DNA of 64,000 nt from a virus. A program made the translations under genes and the position numbers. Where the stretch lies: positions 1 through 64,000 of IMG/VR virus record IMGVR_UViG_3300035034_003571. One strand, written 5' to 3'. This document shows, one piece after another, positions 37,098 to 45,813 of the stretch. The notes under the pieces were generated by a model. It made no database searches. It saw only the letters and a program-made list of their open reading frames with translations, and was not told the DNA's origin. Each line of letters opens with the position of its first letter. Positions within the stretch are counted from its first letter, which is position 1.

Positions 37098-37184
37098 AAT
37101 TTCCTTTTGTTTTGTTTTTTTGTTTTCCTTTAAATTTTCCTTAAAGTCCTAATTATACCGTCAAATCTGAAATAGGTTTCGAAT

Positions 37185-37859
37185 CTATTCCGATTTATTT
37201 TCTACTTCGGATAATAAGTAGAGTGCAATCCAAGAAGCATCCACCAAATCATCTATTGGCTTATTTACTGCTTTTTTTGGAGTTATCCATTCATGTTCAT
37301 TTTCTTTTAATAATTTAGTAAAAGAATTTAAGGTTTCCCCCACGAAGCCAGATTCATATAATGCCCTATAAAGCTGGTCTTTTTTTGCATTACCCTTGAC
37401 AGCGAACTTTTTTATAGATGTAGGTGAGTATACAAAGAATTTGTCAGATCCGATTTTTCCTACAATTCGTTCTCTAAGAAGGGCTGTTGCCATTGATATG
37501 TCGATTAAAGCATTACCATTAGAGGCAAAACTTAAACCTTCCATCGCTACCATAAACTCGTTATCACCAACCTCTTCCAGGATAGAATCCCAAAGGTTGT
37601 TGACAATTATTAGAAAGTAATCTATCTTTATACGCTCTCTATCTGAATATTCTTTGGGCATTTTAGCCTTTTCCATGAATAGAAGATTATATAAATCAGG
37701 ACTCTCATCTAATATGTGATAAGGTTTGATCGGATTTTTTTTATGGGATTCAGCAGTTCTATCAGATCTGGTTAAAGAACCCCATTTAATAAAGTCTTTT
37801 TTGTCTATTATTGCGTAAGCAGGAGACGAGATAGAGAAATCTATACCAACGTAAAGCAT
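37185..37859 (-). CDS. RuvC-like Holliday junction resolvase
   Basis: VGIDFSISSPA, AMEGLSF, PTSIKKFA..GNAKKD, DDLVDA. Confidence 0.85.
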   Translation of the reverse strand: MLYVGIDFSISSPAYAIIDKKDFIKWGSLTRSDRTAESHKKNPIKPYHILDESPDLYNLLFMEKAKMPKEYSDRERIKIDYFLIIVNNLWDSILEEVGDNEFMVAMEGLSFASNGNALIDISMATALLRERIVGKIGSDKFFVYSPTSIKKFAVKGNAKKDQLYRALYESGFVGETLNSFTKLLKENEHEWITPKKAVNKPIDDLVDASWIALYLLSEVENKSE

Positions 37860-37877
37860 AAAATTTTAAATTGGGTA

Positions 37878-38159
37878 TTACTTAGATTTTTTATCTTTAG
37901 CTTTTTCTTCTTTAGCAAGTTCTCCGGTGTTTGTAACTACATTTTGTCCTACCTTTCCGGTAAAATTGTAATTTTTAGATAACTTATCAAAGCAAGCTTT
38001 CATTTGCTTTTCCGTTAAACATCCAACCAAGTCGTTCAAAACTCTTTGATCGTTTCCTGCTGCAGCAACTAATTGGTTTTTCATATGTTCATTCTCACTC
38101 ATAAGTGGTTGCCCATATTTCATTTCATTTACTGCTTTTAAGTCTGAAAATTTTCTCAT
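37878..38159 (-). CDS. Hypothetical protein with capsid-targeting-like N-terminus
   Basis: MRKFSDLKAVNE; GATATATA at 38180-38187. Confidence 0.6.
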   Translation of the reverse strand: MRKFSDLKAVNEMKYGQPLMSENEHMKNQLVAAAGNDQRVLNDLVGCLTEKQMKACFDKLSKNYNFTGKVGQNVVTNTGELAKEEKAKDKKSK

Positions 38160-38192
38160 TTTAATGAATTTGTTTGGTGTATATATCTAAAT

Positions 38193-38759
38193 TTATTTAT
38201 GGTCTCGATCAAATTCTAAATCAATGTCTATATAATTTGCTGTAAAGTTTATAGTAAATGATGTATCCTGTGGATCGTACTGAGTAGCGTTCATTTCCAA
38301 TTCAGAAAATCCCGCGAAAAGAACTTCACTAAATTTTAAAGATACCATTATATTTCCTTCATTATCCAAAAGTCTTAATGGAAGGCTTTGGATGAACAGG
38401 TCCTCGTTTTTAAAGTTTAGAAAATATAAAACGGTTTCCATAAAAACCCAATAATTTATAAAACCATCAACGACTCTAAAAGAAATACTAAAGTCTTTAT
38501 TAAATAGATCCTGTACAGGTATAGAATTTTTATACTTTATTATCTTACCAAGCTTCCTTACTTGCTGAACACTATCCATAGTTAAGGAAGGCATCGAAAC
38601 GCTTTGAATTGTAGAATTTAAAAAATCCTGAACGTTATCATAAGGTATAGGCTGCTTTTTTATATAGTCCTCGTACTTTTTTTTAATCCTATCAGGAAAA
38701 AATCCTTTAGGGAATATAAAGTAATATGAGCTAGCTCTGGTATTTAATATATTAGCCAT
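38193..38759 (-). CDS. Tail tube-fold protein (gp3/gp19/gp54-like)
   Basis: IQSVSMPSL, FSISFRVVDGFINY, LRLLDNEGN, F.EV, FTINF pattern; end of the structural operon. Confidence 0.55.
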   Translation of the reverse strand: MANILNTRASSYYFIFPKGFFPDRIKKKYEDYIKKQPIPYDNVQDFLNSTIQSVSMPSLTMDSVQQVRKLGKIIKYKNSIPVQDLFNKDFSISFRVVDGFINYWVFMETVLYFLNFKNEDLFIQSLPLRLLDNEGNIMVSLKFSEVLFAGFSELEMNATQYDPQDTSFTINFTANYIDIDLEFDRDHK

Positions 38760-41377
38760 TATAGTTCTTCAAATGATATCTGTCCTGTTGATGGAGGGGG
38801 ATTAGTATTTCTATCTCCACCTTTTATTAATAAAGCTTCTATATCAGAAGCACTTATTATACCTTCTGCTGCCTTCCCAAAATCCTCAGCAGTTAAGTTA
38901 GGGTATATTATATAACCATCATTTCCAGGAACCATAAAATAATTATAGATTCCCTGATGAGTCCATTCAGCGCAATCAAATGCATAAATGAGAGCTGCAA
39001 CAGAATTAATTAATGCGTCCCCAGTAAATGGTCCGCTAGGGTTAACGTTTATAACACTTTGAGTATTAACAGGGGAAAGAGTACTGTCCGCATTTCCATC
39101 AGAAGGATTTATTGTTAAAACAGAAGGGGTTTTAGTAACCTTTGTTTGACCAAGTCCTGGGACCACATCTCTAATTTGTGAATCTGTCCTTTCTGTTGGT
39201 TGGGTATCTACCCTATCCGCGACTTCCCTAATACTTCTTCTTTCTACCTGGTTTTCATTATTATCTTCTTTCCAGATCCCTCTATATAAAACAGATGCTG
39301 ACCCAAATTCAATGACTTGCTTTTTTGGATTTTTTGGAAGGGGTACTTCTTTTCTGAATGCTTCCTCTCTGAGGGAAGATTCTCTTTCTTTGCTTCTAGA
39401 TATTTCATTAACCGGAGATATCCTCGAATCTACCGGAGATCTAGAGGAACTGTCGGAAATCCGATTAGAAGAAACAGCATTTGAAACTGAACTCCTGGTT
39501 ATGGAGTTAGGTTCATATCCGATTTCTCTGGAAGTTGTATTTCTTGATACTGAAGGTTCCCTAACTATAGAATTATCGGAGGAAGCTCTTCCAACTTCAC
39601 TTCTTTCAAAAGCAATCTCTTTAGATAATTCGTCTTTCTGTCTAGTAGTTTTTTCTTCTTTATTTTTAACTAAAGGAATATTAGATATGTAATAATTCTC
39701 ATTAGTAAAATTTAATATTTTTTCGGATAATACCTCTTCTACCAGAAATGCTATTTGTCCCTTAGCTGGATTGGCTATATTTTTATTGACTAGACTTGGT
39801 ATTGTTAACTTTTTGCCTTTATCGTCTATAAAAACTAACTTATAATCTCCGGAGCTAGATAAATCTATCTCGTTTGGAACACCGTCTTTCCCCTGAGTAT
39901 AAAAAGTAAACTTATAGTAATTATCGAAAGGGGCTATTTTTATTATGGCCTTTCCTTTACCATATATCTCTCCGGTTGAAGTTTCTCTATCAACAACCAA
40001 TTGGGGAAGTCTGGATAGGGGATCTGACGTGGAAGATACTTTTAAATTAGAAAGAGAAGTTGTTACGTCTAATTGCTGTATAAAAACATTAGCATATTTT
40101 ACTATCTCAAGTGTAACGTTTTCTTCTATAGTTTGATTTAACTGTATAGAGGGTTGGTCATAAACTTTATTATAAACCTTATGTAATACTGGATTTTCCG
40201 AAATTTGCAATGGGGTTATTTTGGTTCCATATCTACCTGGAGACTCGGAAGTATAACTGCTTATTCTTATAACGCTAGTATTATCTTTATTATTAACCAA
40301 TGACATAGTATACCTTAAAATAAAGCTATTAGCCACTGATGAGTTTCTTACTATCGGTCTAAATAGATTTGGTACATCATATGCAGTAGTTTGATTATTA
40401 CTGAAATTTGATGTCTCTATAAAAGCTGTTCCTATTTGCTCTATAACCTCAATTTGGTGGTATATAAAATAGCTATTTCCTATGGAATTTTGGAATAATA
40501 TAAAATCCTCTATAAACCCTCCATTATCAGTAGCAAAATATTCGAAAAATTCACCGGAATCTGAAGGCTTGATAACTGCACCCACGTTTTTAAATGGATT
40601 TTCTTGCTCCAAAGAAAAGGTTGCTCTATTTGCAGTCCCGTATTTAGGATATCCGTTGAAATCGCTAATGGAATTTACTTCATCCACAAATATTCTCATT
40701 GGAGAAGATGAGTTAAATCCGGTCCCGCTTTTACTTAATAATGATGCTAGAGTTGATGGTTTATTTGAATCAGTAGCAGCATTATATTTATTCTGCATAT
40801 CCAGTAAATTAGGAATCTTAATCTCTATATACTTATCATAGATATTAGCCCCTATATTAATGGGGGATGTATTTAGAGTATAAACTTCCTGAGTACCTTT
40901 TTTTATTAGTATTGAAGCTACTGTAACATAAGATCCGTCTTGATCCTCATATTTAATAGAATTAATAAGTCCATCTATATTATTTAGGTTATATCCAGCT
41001 CTGATATGAAATCTAACTGAATCATAAATCACGTTTATATTGGAAGGAAATATTACCGGAAGATCGACAGTTGAAGTTAAATTATTATCGAAATCATTAA
41101 AAGCAATAACTAGGTTAGAATCTAAGGTTACGTAATTACTTCCGTCGATTTTTATAACACTATTTTCATTCGTATTGTTAGTTAAATCTATATCCTCAGT
41201 TGGATTTAATACTTGTATATCATTTTCTAGATAACCATTTACTATTTTTTGATAACCTACTGTATTTGTTCCCGTATTTACTGGATAGGTTTCCGGAGTT
41301 GGTGCGTCTGCATACCTAAATTCCATAAGCATATATGGAGTCAATGTTGCGTATTTAGATGATGTAGTAAATGCCAT
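38759..41377 (-). CDS. Putative virion structural protein with a Ser/Arg-rich low-complexity insert
   Basis: 872 aa, beta-rich N-terminal 560 aa, structural block context. Confidence 0.6.
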   Translation of the reverse strand: MAFTTSSKYATLTPYMLMEFRYADAPTPETYPVNTGTNTVGYQKIVNGYLENDIQVLNPTEDIDLTNNTNENSVIKIDGSNYVTLDSNLVIAFNDFDNNLTSTVDLPVIFPSNINVIYDSVRFHIRAGYNLNNIDGLINSIKYEDQDGSYVTVASILIKKGTQEVYTLNTSPINIGANIYDKYIEIKIPNLLDMQNKYNAATDSNKPSTLASLLSKSGTGFNSSSPMRIFVDEVNSISDFNGYPKYGTANRATFSLEQENPFKNVGAVIKPSDSGEFFEYFATDNGGFIEDFILFQNSIGNSYFIYHQIEVIEQIGTAFIETSNFSNNQTTAYDVPNLFRPIVRNSSVANSFILRYTMSLVNNKDNTSVIRISSYTSESPGRYGTKITPLQISENPVLHKVYNKVYDQPSIQLNQTIEENVTLEIVKYANVFIQQLDVTTSLSNLKVSSTSDPLSRLPQLVVDRETSTGEIYGKGKAIIKIAPFDNYYKFTFYTQGKDGVPNEIDLSSSGDYKLVFIDDKGKKLTIPSLVNKNIANPAKGQIAFLVEEVLSEKILNFTNENYYISNIPLVKNKEEKTTRQKDELSKEIAFERSEVGRASSDNSIVREPSVSRNTTSREIGYEPNSITRSSVSNAVSSNRISDSSSRSPVDSRISPVNEISRSKERESSLREEAFRKEVPLPKNPKKQVIEFGSASVLYRGIWKEDNNENQVERRSIREVADRVDTQPTERTDSQIRDVVPGLGQTKVTKTPSVLTINPSDGNADSTLSPVNTQSVINVNPSGPFTGDALINSVAALIYAFDCAEWTHQGIYNYFMVPGNDGYIIYPNLTAEDFGKAAEGIISASDIEALLIKGGDRNTNPPPSTGQISFEEL

Positions 41378-41389
41378 TAATATCTTTAT

Positions 41390-42190
41390 TTATTTTCCGA
41401 ACTGTAAAAATTTAGGACTGTAATTTAAGCCAAGTCCAATATAAGGTCCAGTTGAATATCCATCTTTAGAAAATGCCATTCCGTATCCTACATTTAAACC
41501 TAACCCGAATTCTTTTCTGTTAGCTTTTAAAGCCTCTTTGGAATCAGAATCAGTTATATCTATCGCCTGGATATCTTCAAAGGATAGATTTGGATATTCA
41601 GTATAAAGTCTTATAAAGGTCCTTTTACTTTTAGGGTCCCTAAATAATCCTGTTTTAATATCTATTTTTTGTGTTATGTCTAGCTTATATTCACCAAAAA
41701 CTACAGGATTCAAAGTATCCGAACAATCCAAAGAATATGGGACTCCACCTATTAATCTGAATGCATTAGCTCCAGGGAGCTCTGGGTTATAATCAAATAT
41801 TAATTTTCCAGTAGAATCGTTAATATTAAAAACATTACTAGGAGCTACTATTATGGTATCTCTGTATTTTATTACCGTTCTAATTATAACTTTTGGTGGT
41901 TTACTTCTTTCAAACTGTAGCTCATTATAAAGATCTCTATTTTCCCTTTTTAATTCAGCTTGTGTTTTTTCAAATGCAGATTTTTCTACTAATAGAGTAT
42001 TTTTTTCTGAAGTGATTATCCTAACGCTATCCTTCAAAGCTAGGTAATTACCCAGCCTCCTATCAGATTCTATTCTTTCTTTAGCTATATTATTACATCC
42101 TCTCAAATAAAAAAGCGAAAGAATTCCTATAAGAATATAAGGGAATATCCTAGAATTTAAAAATTTCCATATGAAGTTTAAAAAAATCAT
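41390..42190 (-). CDS. Membrane-anchored coiled-coil protein with C-terminal amphipathic beta-hairpin (spanin-like)
   Basis: N-terminal TM ending LRGC, coiled coil, C-terminal FGLGLNVGYG...GPYIGLGLNY. Confidence 0.5.
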   Translation of the reverse strand: MIFLNFIWKFLNSRIFPYILIGILSLFYLRGCNNIAKERIESDRRLGNYLALKDSVRIITSEKNTLLVEKSAFEKTQAELKRENRDLYNELQFERSKPPKVIIRTVIKYRDTIIVAPSNVFNINDSTGKLIFDYNPELPGANAFRLIGGVPYSLDCSDTLNPVVFGEYKLDITQKIDIKTGLFRDPKSKRTFIRLYTEYPNLSFEDIQAIDITDSDSKEALKANRKEFGLGLNVGYGMAFSKDGYSTGPYIGLGLNYSPKFLQFGK

Positions 42191-42453
42191 TTATTTTTTC
42201 CCTTATCTTCAGAAAGTATCCATTTATTTTTAATAGGATCAAATTTACCAGGTCCGTATATTTTTTCTAAATTAGAAAAGAATTCAAGCTCTTCACTTCT
42301 CATTTTATTTAAAGATTCGGATAAATCTATGGCTCTCGTTTTAACTTTTTTTATCTTTGAATGACACTCGTCCATTTCATTTCGAATGTTAGTATATCCT
42401 TCGATCATTTCTTCAATTTTCTCGAAGTGTTCGTTTTCTATGTTTCTTTCCAT
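42187..42453 (-). CDS. Small coiled-coil hypothetical protein
   Basis: ATGA overlap with the next gene; GAATATATA variant upstream. Confidence 0.65.
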   Translation of the reverse strand: MERNIENEHFEKIEEMIEGYTNIRNEMDECHSKIKKVKTRAIDLSESLNKMRSEELEFFSNLEKIYGPGKFDPIKNKWILSEDKGKNK

Positions 42454-42500
42454 GTTTTATATATTCATTAAATTTTATTCTCTTTAAAAATATGTGAATC

Positions 42501-44186
42501 TTACCCATCTAATGGTAAATCATCAGTTGGTAAAGGAGAGGAATCAACAGAAGCTGATGACATATTTAGAATCCCGGAGGAATCTACGGTTCTATAAAAT
42601 GCCCTTTTACCTCCGCTGTAATAAACAAGCTCAAAAGTTTGGGCAGGGCGGTCAAATGTTATTATATTATCCGAAAATGCATCAGGTCTTCTGTATATTA
42701 TACCACCAAATCTGAGATTTGATGTTGAATAAAATGGATTTTTATTCCTTCTATAATAAAATCTATAGGGTACAGTAACATCACCACTCCAAACCCCGCT
42801 AAGATTTAATTCTTCTCCGGTTTTGACTCTAACCCAAACTGCATTTTCTTCCGGACCAGTGGGGCCTGAGGAATTATTAGTCTCTAGTGATATTCCTCTC
42901 TTAGAATAGTATGTGGAATTTCTTAGGTCAACTACTGAATATTGGGTACCTGATTTTGTTTTATTACTATATGAAACAATAGCGTTATTATTCCCTCTAA
43001 CCGGATAAGATCCGGTAGCTCCTGGGAATCCGTTTTTAATATACGGAAGATTTAAATTTATATTATCTGGATTTATTCTAACTATTTCTGTTCTAAATGA
43101 ACCTTCCCCCTTATTTTGTTCCTTTGATCTAAAATCTTCCAATACTATAGATTCTGTTACTGTATCTAAGTTTGATAGAGAATAGGAGGAGGTTTCCATT
43201 ACTGATGAACTTGGAATTGACGTAATAACAGAAACTCTAGGTCTATATAGCTGCGGGCCTCCGCCTTTACTTGCTATTATAGAATCTTCACTATTAATTT
43301 CTAAACCTCTGTCAAATTTACTTAGAGTGGAATTTACTATAAAGTTCGTGGATTTACTTTCAAAGCTTCCTTCTAAATCAATAATTGCTCTTCCGTCTCC
43401 GGATTTAAAATAAATATCTCCTGTGGAATTTACTAAAAACCTAGAAACTGTAGTTAATTCTACGTTTCCGTTTTCAGAAGCTAAAATTTCTTTAGAGCCA
43501 GCTAATAAGCTTAAATCATTTCCAGACTCAAACCTTAGACTCCCTGAAGATCTATAATCTAATCCATAATTTTCTGAAGCTGTTGCACCCCAATATATGG
43601 AAGGGGGTTGTGAGTCAGAATAGTTTAATTTAGAAAAAGTAAATATAGGAAGCTCTGATTCACCGGAGGTTACGAGTCTAAGCTTGGAATAATTTGGATT
43701 TATGTTACTTTCCTCTAAAAATACGTTACTTAATACCAATGTTTCCTTCCAAGGGGATGAATAATTGGAAGGTATAATAGCATCCTTATTATTTATTCCT
43801 CCAGCTCCTAAGATTTCTTGAAAATTAGTAAATATAGAACTTTTAGAAAGCGTTTCATTGGTAAATACCCAACTGGAGCCGTCATAAAAATAAATAAAAT
43901 CTGAACCGGTTGGTCCAGGAGAGGTATTTATCCAATAATCATACACATTCAAATCATCACCTGTTGGTGGAGAGTCTTGTTTGTACCAATTACTAGCTTT
44001 TTCACCCGTTATTCCGGTAACCCCTTTAGATCCAATCGGTCCTGTAGTTCCCATGGGTCCATTTGGTCCTATATCACCAACATATCCTATTCCATGGAAT
44101 AAAACCTGATCAAAGTTAATATTTACTTTATCTACAATCTTATCCTGATTGTCGTTATCTTCAATATATTTAAAATTAATTTTCAT
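42501..44186 (-). CDS. Tail fibre/baseplate-appendage protein, paralogue 3 (short collagen-like repeat)
   Basis: DKVNINF, Gly-X-Y run, DYWINT, NPNYSKL, PIFTFSK. Confidence 0.7.
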   Translation of the reverse strand: MKINFKYIEDNDNQDKIVDKVNINFDQVLFHGIGYVGDIGPNGPMGTTGPIGSKGVTGITGEKASNWYKQDSPPTGDDLNVYDYWINTSPGPTGSDFIYFYDGSSWVFTNETLSKSSIFTNFQEILGAGGINNKDAIIPSNYSSPWKETLVLSNVFLEESNINPNYSKLRLVTSGESELPIFTFSKLNYSDSQPPSIYWGATASENYGLDYRSSGSLRFESGNDLSLLAGSKEILASENGNVELTTVSRFLVNSTGDIYFKSGDGRAIIDLEGSFESKSTNFIVNSTLSKFDRGLEINSEDSIIASKGGGPQLYRPRVSVITSIPSSSVMETSSYSLSNLDTVTESIVLEDFRSKEQNKGEGSFRTEIVRINPDNINLNLPYIKNGFPGATGSYPVRGNNNAIVSYSNKTKSGTQYSVVDLRNSTYYSKRGISLETNNSSGPTGPEENAVWVRVKTGEELNLSGVWSGDVTVPYRFYYRRNKNPFYSTSNLRFGGIIYRRPDAFSDNIITFDRPAQTFELVYYSGGKRAFYRTVDSSGILNMSSASVDSSPLPTDDLPLDG

Positions 44187-45796
44187 ATTTCAAGTACTCC
44201 AGTTTGTATTCCCCCAGTTAAACCATAAGCTTCATAATAAAGCCCATAATCTATAGCTTCCTCTGGATCCTCTCCGAAGGCTATTCTAGTTATATCTTTT
44301 TTATAATTAACTAAATGAAAATCTATGACGAAAGCGGAACCTCTTATATTATCCCATTCCCCCTCATTCCCGGGTCTAGGATAATAATTACTAGCCCCTG
44401 TTCCACCACCAATTCCAACAGCAGTAAATCCTTGGGATTCACTAGAAGTTTTTACACTGAATGATATACATTTATCTATTCCCATATAATATTCGGAAAG
44501 CTCGCTTACGTTAACATATAATGCTCTATTAATTATAGAGAAATTAGTAGTAACTATAATATCTTCCTCTCCATCCCAATCAATCCTACCAAATAAAGAT
44601 TCCCCCGTTGCAGTTGAAGGGTATATTGCATGCCAATTATAGGTAATAGAATTATAAGCCCCGTGGGTTTCAGTAGATTGGTTAGTCTGATCTCTCCGAA
44701 TTCCAGTTTTTCTAGAAATTTTCATTTCTCCCTTTTGATCCAATCTAAGATAATTAGTAGATCCTAATTTAGAATTCCAAAGGTTTCCACTCCCAGAATT
44801 TTTATTAACTGTTATTCCTATCCCACCCCCTCGAGTATCTAAATAATTTTCAACTGATAGAGATTGTTTATCATAGCCTTCAGTTACGGTAGAAACATTA
44901 ATTGGTGAAGCTAAAGATGAGGAATCGTCAAATAATCCAATCCCAGTGGAAAAATTAGAAGATGTTATTCTTAGAGTATTGTTTCCCGATCCCTCGAGAT
45001 CAGTCATTATTACATCCCCAGTAGTATTAATTTCCATACCACCAACAAAAATATCTGCAGAACCCGATTGGGATTCTAATATAACTTTTCCTGAATTGGA
45101 ATTAAGTTTTAAATTTCCACCTATTTCGAATTTAATTCCTCCCCTTCTTATGGACCAAGATAAATCATAAGTATTATTAGAAACCGAATCTTCTCCCCAT
45201 TCAAATATGGGACTTTTATCGTAACTTCCTGTACCCCCACCAGCTTTAGAAAATTCTAATAAAGGTTGAGTTAATTGATCAAAGTCAGTGGAGGATCCAG
45301 GAGAGGTTTCTAATACAACTCTTGAATACTGAGGGTTTAGTTTATCTGCATCTGGGGTTGAACTATTAAGGACAAATGTATTTGTGGATGGATTAGATGA
45401 ACTTTGAACCAAAGCATCCTTAAAATCTGGTCCCTCTACTCCCGAGAGCCTTTTAAATTGCTCATCCGCCTTTAGATTAAAATTTTGGTAAACCCAAACA
45501 GAATCTGAAAGTAAATAAACCTTATTAAGATCAGCTATATTTACCCAATAGTCACCATCTAAAGCATCAGAAGGTTCCAAAGGATCTAAAAACCATAGAG
45601 ATCCCCTTTCTCCTCTAAGACCTTTAGATCCCAAAGGTCCAATAGGACCCATTTTCCCAGGATATCCTATTTCACCATTTCTTCCATAAGGACCCCCAAA
45701 AAAATCTTGTACATCAGAAAAATTTTGGTTTATCTTATCAGAAAATGTTTCCTGAGACTCACCCTGATTTATTCTATTTAATTTTAATTCGTCCAT
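44183..45796 (-). CDS. Tail fibre/baseplate-appendage protein, paralogue 2
   Basis: DKINQNF, Gly-X-Y run, RGSLWF, GDYWVN, NPQYSR, PLLEFSK. Confidence 0.7.
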   Translation of the reverse strand: MDELKLNRINQGESQETFSDKINQNFSDVQDFFGGPYGRNGEIGYPGKMGPIGPLGSKGLRGERGSLWFLDPLEPSDALDGDYWVNIADLNKVYLLSDSVWVYQNFNLKADEQFKRLSGVEGPDFKDALVQSSSNPSTNTFVLNSSTPDADKLNPQYSRVVLETSPGSSTDFDQLTQPLLEFSKAGGGTGSYDKSPIFEWGEDSVSNNTYDLSWSIRRGGIKFEIGGNLKLNSNSGKVILESQSGSADIFVGGMEINTTGDVIMTDLEGSGNNTLRITSSNFSTGIGLFDDSSSLASPINVSTVTEGYDKQSLSVENYLDTRGGGIGITVNKNSGSGNLWNSKLGSTNYLRLDQKGEMKISRKTGIRRDQTNQSTETHGAYNSITYNWHAIYPSTATGESLFGRIDWDGEEDIIVTTNFSIINRALYVNVSELSEYYMGIDKCISFSVKTSSESQGFTAVGIGGGTGASNYYPRPGNEGEWDNIRGSAFVIDFHLVNYKKDITRIAFGEDPEEAIDYGLYYEAYGLTGGIQTGVLEI

Positions 45797-45813
45797 TCAA
45801 CTTATATATTCTA

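Larger units (their letters stand above)
3418..37180 (-). promoter_or_regulatory. Dispersed G(A/G)AAC-N18-TAnAA motif (putative middle/replication promoter)
   Basis: 5865-5893 (clamp), 8652-8680 (topo-N), 14767-14795 (GT2), 28052-28080 (Hc1), 37152-37180 (SSB); variants 23431-23459 (PolB-N, GGAAT..TAAGAT) and 3418-3445 (PolB-C, N17). Confidence 0.7.
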
